Source: the human T2T-CHM13v2.0 reference genome, Homo sapiens. Taken from it: a stretch of 64,000 bases of DNA. Positions 29,046 through 46,527 of the stretch are shown one piece after another. Made by a program: the position numbers and the translations under genes. The notes below the pieces were generated by a model, which made no database searches, was not told where the DNA came from, and saw only the letters and a program-made list of their open reading frames with translations. The DNA lies in the NCBI RefSeq assembly GCF_009914755.1, contig NC_060948.1; one strand, written 5' to 3'. Numbering within the stretch: the stretch's first letter is position 1; each line of letters opens with the position of its first letter.

Positions 29046-30344
29046 ATTTTTTTTTCTTTTTAAATAGACTTCATGAAAAGTCTTTTTATCAGATTTTCGT
29101 TGAGCAAGTACCAAACATTCCTATTTGTTGGCTTTTTGTTTCTCAAGTTTACAGCAAGAAAGATTTTGGAGATGGAGCCAAATTTGTTTGTTACAGGTCT
29201 AGGATGATTACTTTTAAAAGGTGCTGGTAGTTGAAATGTTTTAATGAAATATTTTCTTCTTTCTGGGTATATGTTTCCAAATAACTTACAAGAAACGGTG
29301 TAAACAAATAACAATAAAAGTTTCCTATTACATTCTAAATATAAAGGAGAATTTTAAATCAAAGATATTAATGAAAAAAATGACTCAAAAGCAACACGAA
29401 TAAACATACATGAGGCCAAAACCCAAAAGCCCTTTATAGCATCAAAGAGGAAGCAAAAATTTTGCAGCCTTTCCAAGATCTATACCCCTACCACAGACTA
29501 CTTAAAGGAAACTTTCACTAGCTGCCAATAGTTGAAACCCACAACTATCTGGCAATTTTCTTGCAGGGTTTCAGCTTCTAAGCTGATCATGTACATACAA
29601 ATGCCCAGCATTTCTGGTGCCATACAGATGGAAGGTTAAAAGAGACAGTAGGTAAAATGAAAAGAAAAGGTGTTCATGTAGATGGCAAGCATAACACACG
29701 ATACCCCCTCAAAATCAAGAGTTACATAAATAATCCAAAATAAATAGTTCAAATCAGAATAAGTAGTTCTAACAGAAATGTTTTGCTCCTAAGCTAGCAG
29801 TATGCACTGGGGAAAGGAATTTTGTGGTTGATCTAAAGAACTTTAACTCTGCCTCAAACCGGATCTTAGCTGAAATGTTGCTTGGCTGCTTGGATATAAC
29901 ATTTGGATATATCTCTGGATATAACATCTCCCAGACATAAGATTTACATCTCCAAGGAACTGCAAAAGGTCAGGGGAAAGGGTGGAGTGCCTTTTATAAA
30001 TCCTGTAGGGAAGTTAAGCATGCAGTTTGAACATAAAAATGTTCTGGAGGACTTAAATGGGAAGTTTCTAAAAACAAAATAAAACTTATAGCCTATATAG
30101 TGACAAGACAAAGAAAAGACCACCTTTAGGCTCCAAAAGGCCTGAAAATGTGGAAAGATAAGTTTATGGGAAGAGTAAATCTGTCCCTCTATCCTCGATG
30201 CTTTTGTCTCTGAGCTGACAAGGAACATTAAGAGGCCTATCTTTAGATGGGAAAGGCAGCCAAGAGGACAGTAAGACCTTGTCTTTGTAAATTGCTGTCC
30301 TACTATCAGGTAGGCAGAGTGAGTGGAAGAATATCCTCCTACAT

Positions 30345-30530
<186 letters not shown>

Positions 30531-30578
30531 GATCTTCCTACTTTTTAACCTCCTCCAGCTCTGCACTCTTTAGGATTT

Positions 30579-31190
30579 TGATAAAGCTCCGATGAGTGGA
30601 GGAACACCAGGGTTCTTGCCTTGCTTAGAATTAGGTAAGACAACACGGACACATGTGGACAGATTTTAAGGAGTAGGGAGTTTAACAGGGAAGAAAGAAG
30701 GGGGAAGAAAAAAAGAAGCAGCTCCCTTGTAGAGAGAGAGAGGTAGGAGGATCCAAAGCTGAGAGAGGAAACCCCGCTTTCAGGTAATGTTAGCCAGCTA
30801 AATTAGATGGCTGGAGGAGGCGGTGTCTGATTCGCACAAGGCTCAGGGTATTGGTTTGACCAGGCATGTCTTTCACGTAGCCCGAGAGAAAACTGGCCAC
30901 CCTAGCCTTTTAAATATGCAAATGCAGAGTGCCCTCGTGTTCCACACACCTGGAGATATGTGGGGGTGGCTATGCTGCCAGGCACGTGTTGGGGAAAGAG
31001 CAAGAGGACAAAGGTGGGAATCGCCATGTTGAGTGAACCCAGTTTCTAACGCTGGCATTTGCATATTAAAGGTTGACAGCCTAGGTCTAAGACCCAGGGT
31101 TTTCATGCTAGACAAGAGCTGCGAAAAATCTTCCAAGGACCCCGTTTTTTCCTCTCTGCCTAAAATAATTTCTTAATAACTCTTACCACA
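30579..31190 (-). mobile_element. LTR9-type solo LTR (ERV1, HUERS-P3 group), 612 bp
   Basis: TG..CA termini, perfect 4-bp TSD ATTT (30575-30578, 31191-31194); two perfect octamer motifs. Confidence 0.82.
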
Positions 31191-31701
31191 ATTTTAGACG
31201 GAACATTTTTGTTTTCTTCACAGGCATCTTCCTAAATTAAGGGTAATGTAAATTTGAACTCAGCCCTGCTCAGTTGTTGTCATTAATTTTTTCACTTAGG
31301 CTTGGTATAGATATACAGATTTTCTCATTAATTTGGTTTGTTGGAAGGCAGATTTTTTTTTTTTACCACAGGCCATCATTTTGTAGAAAATGTTGCTCCT
31401 AACTATAAGGAGCACTGGTTCCAGGTGTTAGGTTCAGTCCTTTCCCATTGCAAAAAATCAAGGCCAACTCTCTCATTTATTTTTTTTTCTGGTTTTAAAA
31501 CAAACTTTTTCCAATCACGCATGCAAATAAATTACTTTGAGCATTTCAAAAGACCTTCATTTAGGCTGTAGCTGCTTATGACCATCCCAGGTTACGTGGG
31601 CTTATTTTTCCAGATATTATTGATGACACCCCGTTTTTGTTGTACATAAAACCAGCTGCTTTTATAAAAGAAGATTGCCCATCAAAAGAATACACAGATC
31701 T

Positions 31702-32111
<410 letters not shown>

Positions 32112-33799
32112 TTATGCAAGTCACTCAGCCAAGGTGTTACCCAAGAGTCATTAATTTGTCTTATACATCTTGGAATTTCTCATCCCCTTGCAGTGGCTGA
32201 GTTGCTAAGTTGCCAGGTGACCAATCCTAATATACACCTTCTGGCTATGCTGAAACTCTCTGAAAGTCCTTTTTTTGCAAGGTCTCTGAGACTGCTACAT
32301 ATCATGGACAGCTGTCCAAACACCTCTGTAATACGTCTAGTCACTTAGAGCACCCAGTTGGATTTGGAGGGAGCAAGTGTCTCTTAACTCTGGAGTGAGA
32401 GAACTCATCTTCATGTACCTTTTGATTTGAAACTATCAGTAATTGGTTACAGATGAAAATGCAAGTCCACATTACAAACAGTAGGTCGCAGCTGCAATTT
32501 TAAATACACACAATGTAATTCTGGGCCAAAAGAAGTGAAACCATTGGTGGTACACTGCCAATAGCCTGACACAGATTTCTTCCTGAAGACAATGGCAGAG
32601 AAGGCAGTTCTCTGTAGAGTTGTTTTCCTGCTGTGACCTGCGCTTCTGTTCTTGAGGCAGAGAAGGCTGTTTTGATTTCTGTTTTTGTTTTTTTCTCCTG
32701 AAACTTGAAACTCCTACCCATGGCCAGAGATAGGCTAGATGAATTCTGCAAAGGGAGAGTTGGAAAGAACAGCTCAAACAGTTTGATCTCAACCAAGGGG
32801 TACAGAGATTTGAATTGTGGAGGACTAACCCCTTACATTAGCAGAAGAATGTAAGGTCTTCTGCCTGCCTAGATGTTGGGTCCACAGTGCTGACTCCTGG
32901 ATGAGTGTTGGATGGTCAGAGGAGTGGACTCTGAACCCTGCTTACTGTACTCTAAATATCAAACTAAAGGAAAAAGCTGAGGGATGAAACATACTTTGAA
33001 AATGTCTATTTGATACAAGATGTGGAAAAGTTGCTGGAAAACACAGAACCTAGTAAACTTAGATAGGAGCACCAAAGTTTTGTTAACATGGGTATGTGAT
33101 AAACAAATTCGTAAAGGCAAAAAGTGGACAGCAAGTGGCCTATAACAAAGTTGTTTGTTATGAATTGTCATTGGATTACAGAAATAGCATTGATTAGCAA
33201 TTGGCTACATATTGTTAAGCTGTAGTTCGTTGGTTGTAGTGTCCAATATGTGGCATTGGTTGATGGTTTTTTAGCTAACGTGTGGCCATAATACTTGTAG
33301 CATCTATACAGCAAGCAGCTTCAAGAGATGACTACTTATCTTAAGGTGGGAAGTGGGATGTGGGTGCTACCTATGGGAGGCTTGCATTCCTTAGATAAAA
33401 GTTTATTTTCTTAGTTTGTTGCATAGCTTCTCAGTCTAAGGTGGTCTTCCAGAGTTTGGGACTCCAGTGTTAGACAGCCCCTGCCATGGGTCTTACCCTG
33501 TGCTTGTTTCCTCTCCATGAGGCCTTACCATGCTGTTTTTGCCTGTGGGTTTCTCCCTATTAGCGTTCATTGACTCTGTGATTGAGGTGTTCAAATGCTA
33601 GGTGCTCTAAGCACTTATGTAGATGTTTCATTGAGAGCCTACAAAGGCTGCATTAGCTGTACAGTATCATATGATGAAACTGACGCCAAGGGAGGTTGAC
33701 TTAGTAGCCTCATTTCCCATAGCCAATGAGGGACAGCATGTCTTTGACTCCAATGTTGAGCACTGGTCCCTGCCTGTTCTAGATTCTCCATTGGCTTGG

Positions 33800-35057
33800 T
33801 TTTCCAAATTGCTTACACTCTGCTTGACTCTTTCAGAGACACTAATGTGTCATACATTTGGTCTCTTTACATAATCCCATATTTCTTAGAGGTTTCATTA
33901 ATTTCTTTCTTTCTTTTTTTTCTCTGTTATTCTCTGAATGTCTTATTTCAGAAAAATACACTTCAAGCACTGAGAGTCTTTTCTCATCTTGGCCAGTTCT
34001 GCTGTTAATACGTGCAGTTGAATGATGAAATTCTTGTAAAGGTTTTTCAGCCCTATCAGGCTGGTTACGTTTTTTTCTATGCTAAGTATTTTGTCTGTCA
34101 GCTCCTGTTATCATTTATTTGTGGTTCTTAGCTTCCTTTAATTGGGTTATGCATAGTCCTGCATCTCAATGATTTTGGTCTCTGTCTCTATTAGGAATTC
34201 TGTTCCTGTCATTTTAGTTATCTCCGCCTGGTTCAGATCCCTTGCTGGTTCCCAGCTTCCTCCCCACTTCAGCTCAGCTTCTGTGTTTTCCCTCCATGCA
34301 CTCTCAGTGCCTCCCTCTGAAGACCTGGTAGGAGTATGCCAGGCATCCTGGTACCAGACCAAACTAAGTGTTGGGCTGCTTATTCTCACAGCCCAATAAA
34401 GAGACACAAATGAACTGAGAAAGGAGGGAGTTCATTTCTGTAATTGGGTACAGAGAGGAGGCCTGGAAAATATTGCCAGACCAACTCAAAATTAAGTTTT
34501 CCAGAGCTTATATACCTTCTCAGGTATATGTGTTTGTGTAAGTGTGCATTCATCTAAAGATATAAGTGATTAATTTCTTCTAATCTGTAACTAAAGTCCA
34601 AACTTTGAAGACCCTTCTCAGGAGCTTCAGTAAATTTATTCAATCTAGATGGATCCGGGTGCTGAGGTGATTACCCTTATCTTGTCTCCCGCTAAATCAT
34701 GGCGGCTTGGGGAGTTCTTTCAGATCTCCAATAAAACTTGTTTACGGAGGGCTAGGGAGTTTCTTCACACCAACAGTAAAACGTGTTTAATTCTAAACTC
34801 GTCCCATTAAGAATTCCTTTGTTATCTTATCATGCTTCAAGGCCTAGGAAAAGCCTGGGCAAAACTCTTAGTGGGCTTTTGTTACATTCTAGGCTTTGGA
34901 TAAGAGCACTTGCTCTTATTATTTAGCTTAACCACTCAGTGCTGAAACAGTTGTTACAGGGGCCTGTCTGTTCAGCTGTTAGTGACCTACTCTGCAACAA
35001 TCCTGGTCCCTCAGTGGCAGCTGTTTCACTTGACTGCCTCTGTTTGTCCATCTTGCT
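33800..35057 (-). mobile_element. L1PB/L1M 5' UTR and ORF1 fragments, split by an LTR
   Basis: TTTGGTCTCTTTACATAATCCCATATTTCTTAGAGG (ORF1), CCATCTTGC 5' end motif near 35050. Confidence 0.7.
34349..34999 (-). mobile_element. ERV1 solo LTR (LTR10C-like, HERV-I group; name tentative), 651 bp
   Basis: TG..CA termini and perfect 4-bp TSD ATCC (34345-34348, 35000-35003). Confidence 0.8.
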
Positions 35058-35069
35058 TGAATCTTGCAG

Positions 35070-37720
35070 TAACTTTTGAAATCTAGAATTGTGAGTCTTC
35101 TTACTTCCCCCTCCTGTAGTGTTACATGTAATTTCACATCAATTATAAAATCAGATTACCAATTTATTGAAAGTAACTCTTGAAGTCTAGAATTGTGAGT
35201 CTGTTAATAATGTTTGGTAATTTTCATACATTTTAAAACTTACAGTACAATGTTAAATAGAAGCTGTGTAAGCAGTATTCTTGTCTTGTTCTTTATCTTT
35301 TGGAAATGTATGCAGGCTTTCACTGTTAAGTGTGATGTTACTTGTGGGTTTTTGCAGATGTCTTTTATCAGTTTGAAGAAGTTTACTTCCATTCATATTT
35401 TTATCACAAATATTATTGGACTTTATCAGATCTTTTTCTCTCCTATCCTTGAGATAATCATGTGATTTTTGTGTTTTGTTCTATTGATGTGATGTGTAAC
35501 ATTAATATTTTTTGAATGATTAGCCAAACTTGCTTGCCCAAGATAAATCCCTGTTTGTCATGGTGGTTAATATGTATGTTGCTGCATTCAGTTTGCTGAT
35601 ATTTTGTTGAATTTTTTTGTTTTTCATTCCATAGTTAACACACTGTACTGTAGTTTTCTTATCATTTTTTTTTTTTTTTTTTGAGATGGAGTCTCCCTCT
35701 GTCACCAGGCTGGAGTGCACTGGCGCGATCTCGACTCACTGCAACCTCTCTGCCTCCTGGGTTCAAGCGATTTTCCTGCCTTAGCCTCCCAAATAACTGG
35801 GACTATAGGCATGTGCCACCAAGACCGGCTAATTTGTTGTATTTTTTTTTTAGTAGAGATGGGGTTTCACTGTATTAGCCAGGATGGTCTTGATCTCCTC
35901 ACCTCGTGATCTGCCCACCTTCGCCTCCCAAAGTGCTGGGATTACAGGCATGAGCCGCTGCGCCCAGCCCCTTTTATATTTTTGTATGGTTTTGACATCA
36001 GGGTAAATAAGAGGAATTGGAAAATGTTTCTTTTCTTTTTGCAGAGTTTATGAATAAGTTATTATTATCATCATTATTTACAGAGTGTTGCTCTGTTGCC
36101 CATGCTGGAGTGCAGTGGCATGATCTCGGCTCCCGGCAATATTCACCTCCTAGATTCAAGCAATTCTCCTGCCTCAGCCTCCTAAGTAGCTGGGATTAAA
36201 GGTGCTCATGACCATGCCTGGCAAATTTTTGTATTTTTAATAGAGATGGGGTTTTACCATGTTGGTAGGCTGGTCTCAAACTGCTGGCCTCAAGTGATCT
36301 GCTGCCTAGGCCTCTCAAAGTCTGGGATTACAGGCGTGAGCCGCTGCACTTGGCCAAATTCATATTAGTTCTTCATTGAAGATTCAGTAACATTCATGGA
36401 TAAAACTTTCTGACCTTAGGATTTTTCTTGTGGGCATTGAATCACTGTCCTCACTTGTTATAGGTCTAGTGAGATTCCTGTTTATTCTTGAATTAGTTTC
36501 AGTAGTTTGTTTCTAAGAATTCATCCACTTCATCTAAATAATCTAAACTTTTGATACACCCACAATGTTCATATTATTCGCTTATGTAAGGTTAGTAGTA
36601 ATTATTTTTCTTTTATTTCAGATTCTAGTAATTTTAGTGTTCTCTTTTTTTTAGTTAAACTAGCTAATGGCTTACCAATTTTGTTCCTCTTTTGAAAGAA
36701 CCAGCTTTTGGTTTCATTAGGTTTCTTTATTGCTTTTCATTATCTATTTCCTCAATTTCCACTCTAATTTTTATTACTTCCTTTCTTCTGCATGCTTTTA
36801 GTTTATTCTGTTCCTTCTCCCCCCACTATCTTATAGTAGTAAATTCAATTGAATTGATTTTTTTCTTCTTTCTTAAAAAGGCAGTTACAAGTGTAAATTT
36901 ATATCTTTTATCATTACTTTTGCTGCATTGCATGAATCTGTGGTATGTTTTGTGTTTGTTTTAATTTATTTCAAAGTACTTTCTGATTTCTCTTTTGACT
37001 TCTTTTTGGAAGTCAATCCTGCAAACTTTTGGATTGTGTTTTAAATTTCTATATATTTGTGAGTTTCCCCCAACTTTTCCCGTTACTGATTTCATTTCAT
37101 TGTGTTTGGAGAACTCACGTTATGTTATTTCCATTTAACCTTACTTATGATTGCTTTGTGGCCTAGCTGTCATCTATACCAGAGAATGCTTAAGGTATAC
37201 ATGCGAAGGATATATATTTAGTTGTTTTTTAGGATGGCATATGTGTCAATATAGTACAGTTGACTTACAGTGTTGTACCAGTCTTCTGTTTTCTTGTTGG
37301 TCCTATCTGTTATTGAAAGAGTGGTTTTGAAGTCTCCCGTTATTATTGTTTAATTGTATAGTTCTGTCTTAAATTTTGCATTTTTACCTTATTTATTTTT
37401 GTACTGTGTTAAGTGCATACGTGTTTATAATTATTATATTTTTCTTTGGGCTTCTCTAATTTCTTAACAATTTCCCCTGTTATATATAATGATGTTTTTG
37501 TTTTAGATGCCTTTTTTTGTCTTATATTAGTTATAGCCAGTTCATCTTTATTGTGGTTGCTATTTGCATGATACATATTTTTTTCATTATTTTACTTGAA
37601 GTATATATGTTTTTGAATTTAAATTGTGTCTCTTCTCTCATGTCTTTTGTTCTTCTATTTTTGCTATTTTATTTTGTATTGAAATAATATTTTCTAATAA
37701 AGAATTTTAATTGTATTATT
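35070..37720 (-). mobile_element. Old L1M ORF2 fragment with two nested Alus (35664-35970 AluSc-like; 36060-36356 AluS)
   Basis: Colinear antisense ORF2 motifs (TTGAAAGAACCAGCTTTTGGTTTCATT; TTGAAGTCTCCCGTTATTATTG). Confidence 0.8.
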
Positions 37721-38225
37721 TTTCTTTCCTTTTTTTGATTGCTTTGAAAGGCAGCATTTATTTATGTGGCTATGTTCTGAGAACTATGAAACAAATAATT
37801 TCATTATATTGTATCACAATTCATACCATTTTTCCTGTATTTATGATAGGAAAATATGACATGAAGCATGGTGTATACTTAATGTCTCATTTGTTTTACA
37901 AACTAAGAAGTGACAAAGGAAATTAACCCCCAAAATTACAGACATTAGAGGTCTACTCTGCTGCTTATTGTCACATGGTAACTACTTGTGTAGAATCATA
38001 TGGAGTTTTAAAATCTTTTATTTGTTTATTTATTATTATAGGGTACATGTGCACAACATGCAGGTTTGATACATAGGTATACGTGTGCCATGTTGGTTTG
38101 TTGTACCCATGAACTCATCATTTATGTTAGGTATTTCTCCTAATGCTGTACCTTCCCCAGCCTCCGACCCTTGACAGGCCCCAGTGTGTGATGTTCTCTG
38201 CCCTGTGTCCAAGTGTTCTCATTGT

Positions 38226-42050
<3,825 letters not shown>

Positions 42051-42113
42051 TATGACGTTCGCTGGTTATTTTGCTCATTAGTTAATGCAGTTTCTTCCTA
42101 GCCTCGATGGTCT

Positions 42114-43129
42114 TTACAGTTTGGCATGTTTTTGCAGTGGCTGGTACCAGTTGTTCCTTTCCATGTTTAGTGCTTCCTTCAGGAGCTCTTTTAGGGCAGG
42201 CCTGCTGGTGACAAAATCTCTCAGCATTTGCTTGTCTGTAAAGGATTTTATTTCTCTTTCACTTATGAGCTTAGTTTGGCTGGATATGAAATTCTGGGTT
42301 GAAAATTCCTTTCTTTAAGAACGTTGAATATTGGCCCCCACTCTGTTCTGACTTGTAGAGTTTCTGCCGAGAGATCAGCTGTTAGTCTGAGGGGCTTTGC
42401 TTTGTGGGTAACCTGACCTTTCTCTCTGGCTGCCCTTAACCTTTTTTCCTTCATTTCAACTTTGGTGAATCTGACAATTATGTGTCTTGGAGTTGCTCTT
42501 CTCGAGGAGTATCTTTGTGGTGTTCTCTGTATTTCCTGAATTTGAATGTTGGCCTGCCTTGCTAGATTGGGGAAGTTCTCCTGGATAATATCCTGTAGAG
42601 TGTTTTCCAACTTGGTTCCATTCTCCCTGTCACTTTCAGATACACCAATCAGACATAGATTTGGTCTTTTCACATAGTCCCATATTTCTTGGAGGCTTTG
42701 TTTGTTTCTTTTTATTCCTTTTTCTCTAAACTTCTCTTCTCTCTTCATTTCATTCATTTGATTTTCCATTACTGATACCTTTTCTTCCAGTTGATCAAAT
42801 CAGCTACTGAGGCTTGTGCTTTCATCACGTAGGTCTTGTGCCATGGGTTTCAGCTCCCTCAGGTCCTTTAAGGACTTCTCTGCATTGGTTATTCTAGTTA
42901 GCCATTCATCTAATGTTTTTTCAAGGTTTTTAACTTCTTTGCCATGGGTTTGAACTTCCTCCTTTAGCTCAGAGAAGTTTGATCATCTGAAGCCTTCTTC
43001 TGTTAACTCGTTAAAGTCATTCTCCATCCAGCTTTGTTCCGTTGCTGGTGAGGAGCTGTGTTCCTTTGGAGGAGGAGTGGCGCTCTGATTTTTAGAATTT
43101 TCAGTTTTTCTGTTCTGATTTTTCCCCAC
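42114..43129 (-). pseudogene. L1 ORF1, start codon mutated to GTG and disrupted
   Basis: GKNQNRKTENSK..., QSLQEIWDYVKRPNL, RATPRHIIVRF, FQPRISYPAKLS in separate ORFs. Confidence 0.93.
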
Positions 43130-43258
43130 CTTTGCAGTTTTATCTACCTTTGGTCTTTGATGATGGTGACGTACAGATGCCATTTTGGTGTGGATGTCCT
43201 TTCATTATGTTAGTTTTCCTTCTAACAGTCAGGACCCTTAGCCACAGGTATGTTGGAG

Positions 43259-43386
43259 TTTGCCAGAGGTCCACTCCAGACGCTGTTTGCCTGGGTATCA
43301 GCAGTGGAGGCTGCAGAACAGCGATTATTGGTGAACAGCAAATGTTGCTGCCTGATCATTCCTCCGGAAATTTTGTCTCAGAGGAG
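43259..43386 (-). promoter_or_regulatory. L1 5' UTR ~129-bp segment bound by ZNF93 (present in L1PA4-6, deleted in younger L1s)
   Basis: Sequence between GTTGGAG and TACCTGGCCGTG, which are adjacent in L1HS, is retained here; binding inferred from family knowledge. Confidence 0.75.
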
Positions 43387-44157
43387 TACCTGGCCGTGTA
43401 AGGTGTCAGTCTGCCCCTACTTGGGGGTGCCTTCCAGTTAGGCTACTCAGGGGTCAGGGACCCAGTTGAGAAGGCCGTCTGTCTGTTCTCATATCTCAAG
43501 CTGCATGTTGGGAGAACCACTACTCTCTTCCAAGCTGTCAGACAGGGCCATTTAAGTCTGCAGAGGTTTCTGCTGCCTTTTGTTTGGCTATGCCCTGCCC
43601 CCAGAGGTGGAGTCTACAGAGGCAGGCAGGCCTCCTTGAGCTGTGGTGGGCTCCACCCAGTTCGAGCTTCCCAGCCACTTTGTTTACCTACTCAAGCCTT
43701 GGCAATGGTGGGCCCCCCTCCTGCAGCCTTGCTGCTGCCTTGCAGTTTGATCTCAGACTGCTGTGCTAGCAATGAGTGAGGCTCCGTGGGCATAGGACCC
43801 TCTGAACAAGGTGCAGGATCTAATCTCCTGGTGTGCCATTTGCTTAGATCATCAGAAAAGCGCAGTATTAGGGTGGGAGTGACCCGATTTTCCAGGTGCT
43901 GTCTGTTACCCCTTTCTTTGGCTAGAAAAGGGAATTCCCTGACCTCTTATGCTTCCTGGGTGAGGCGATGCCTCGCCCTTCTTTGGTTCATGCTTGGTGC
44001 ACTGCACCCACTGTCCTGCACCCATTGTCCGACAATCCCCAATGAGATGAACCTGGTACCTCAGTTGGAAATGCAGAAATCATTCATCTTTTGGGTCGCT
44101 CACACTGGGAGCTGTAGACTGGAGCTGTTCCCAATCGGCCATCTTGGCTAGACTCCC

Positions 44158-46330
44158 GTAACTCATTATTTTAAGCTAGGAAAAACTTAACCCTGTTTTT
44201 ATAGACTAACTAATAAGCTAAAAGAAAATTCATAAAAATTCAACACTGTAACTTCATCTATCCGCTTCATAACTTGTTATTGTTTCTATTTATATCTTGG
44301 GCTAAATCTTGAGAAATTGTTTTAGTTATAATTTTTGAATTATTTGTCTTTTAGTCTTTGTGCTTTAAGTGTAGTTTACCCCCTGCAACTACAGCATTAT
44401 ACTATTCTGTGTTTTTTTTTGTACTTACTGTCTCTAATGAGCTTTGTTTCTGTAGATGACTTCTTATTGCTCTTTCGTGGCGTTTTGTTTCTGATTGAAG
44501 AACTGCTGTATTAGCATTTTTTATAGGACAGGTCTGGTGTTGATGCACTCTGCCAGCTTTCATTAATCTGGTAATTTCTTTATTTCTTCTTCATGTTTGA
44601 AGGATACCTTTGTCTGATATACTATTCTAGGATAAAAGTTTTTTTACTTGAACACATTAAATATCTCATGCGCCTCTCATGGCCTATAAGGTTTCCACTG
44701 AAAAGTCTGCTGCCAGAGGTATTGGAGCTACATTGTATGTTATTTGTTTCTAATCTCTTGTTGTTTTTAGGATCCTTTCTTTATCCTTGACCTTTGGGAG
44801 TTTGGTTATTAAATGCCTACAAGTAGTCTTCTTTGCATTAAATTTGCTTGATGTTATATAACTTTCTTGTAGTTGGATATTAATATCTTTCTCTAGGTTT
44901 GCAAAGTTCTCTATTATTAACCTTTTGAATAAACTTTCCACTCCCTCTCTGTCTCCTCTTTTTAAGGCTAACAAGGCTTAGATTTGACTTTTTGAGATTG
45001 TTTTTTCCTAGATCTTGTTGGCATGCTTCATTATTTTTTATTCTTTTGTCTTCATTTACTGTGTATTTTCAAGTAGCCTGTCTTCAAGTTTATAATTTTT
45101 TCTTTCATTTGATCATTTCTCCTGGTAAGAGACTTTGATGCATCTTTCAGTATGTCAGTTATAGTTTCAACTTCATAGTTTCTGTTTGATGCTTTTTAAT
45201 TATTTCAGTCTCTTTGTTAAATGTTACCTGATATAATTCTATATTTCTTTTCTGTTATCTTTAATTTCTTTAAATTTCCTCAAAATGGCTATTTTGAATT
45301 CCATGTCTGAAAGGTCACATATCTCTGTTTTTTTCAGGTGTGATCCTTGTGGCCTTATATTATTAGTTCATTTGGTGAGTTCATATTTTCCTGGTTCATC
45401 TTGATTTGTCTGTGTCTGGGCATTGAAGAGTTAGGTATTTATTGCAGTCTGGACTTGTTTGTGTTTGTCCTTCTTGGGAAGGGTTTCCAGGTATTCAAAA
45501 GTTCTTTGGGTTCGGGATCTAAGCCATATTTGTGTTAGACACAACCCCGTGCTCAGTAATGCTGTTGTTGGTGCAGACTCACAGAGGTCCTACTACCTTG
45601 ATGATGTTGGATAAGATCCAGAAAAATTATCTCAGTTACCAGCAGAAACTCTTGTGCTCTTTCTTTACTTTCTCCCAAATAAATGGAGTCCCTCTCTCTA
45701 TGCTGAGCCACCTATTGTTGGGGGTGGGGTGACACCACTTCTCTGTGGCCACTGCCACTGAGAGTGATCTGGGTCAGACCTGAAGCCAGCACAGCACTGA
45801 GTCTCACCTAAGTCCTGCTGTAACTGCTACTTTGTTTCTGTCTGTGTTCACTCAAGGCCCTAGGCCTCTACAATCTTTAGGTGGCAAAGCCAGTCATGCT
45901 TATATCCTTCCCTAAAGGGCAACGAATTCCTCCTGGCTCCTGGTGGGTCCGGAGATGCCATGCAGGAGCCAGGGACTGGAGTAAGAAAGCTTACATGCCA
46001 ACCTTGCATTCTCCTCTACTGTAGCTGAACTGGCCCTCAAACCATAGCACATTCTTTCTCACTCTTCCCTGTGCTTTCCATAGGCAGAGGTTCTTCATTC
46101 CATGGCTAACATCATCACAGCTCTTGGATCTCCAGTAAGCTTGTGATGAATGCTGCCAGGTCTGCAACTTACTCTTCAGGGAAGAGGGCTCCCTTGTGGC
46201 CCAGGGCAGGTCCAGAAATGCTAAGAGCCATGACCCAGAATTGGAAACACCAACAGCCCAGCTTGGTGCTCTACACCACTGTGCCAAGCTATTACCTAAG
46301 CTGCAAGAAAAAGTCCCCTTTACTTTTCCC
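44158..46330 (-). mobile_element. L1MA/L1M2-type inter-ORF, ORF1 and 5' UTR fragment
   Basis: Minus ORF 44750-44974 GVESLFKRLIIENFANLEKDINIQLQE...KLPKVKDKERILK is L1 ORF1. Confidence 0.88.
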
Positions 46331-46527
46331 TCCCCTCCCCTCCACTCACTTCCCTCCTTCCTTCCTTCCTTCCTTCCTTCCTTCCTTCCTTCCTTCCTTC
46401 CTTCCTTCCTTCCTTTCTCTTTCCCTCCCTCCCTCCTTTCTCTCTCTCTTTCTTTCCTTGTTTCTTCTTTCTCTCTCTCTCTTTCTTCCTTTCTTCTTTT
46501 CATTTCTTCTTTTCTTCTTTCTTTCTT
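46328..46527. repeat. (CCTT)n/(CT)n polypyrimidine microsatellite from an Alu tail, followed by an Alu right arm (46520-46662, minus)
   Basis: Run of CCTT units then CT/TTC repeats; source of the spurious RKEG/PSFL ORFs. Confidence 0.95.

Noticed and set aside
35068-35202. ~29-bp direct repeat (GTAACT.TTGAA.TCTAGAATTGTGAGTCT) about 105 bp apart
   Set aside because: Within degraded L1M; no poly(A) or foreign cargo between the copies, so not called a TSD
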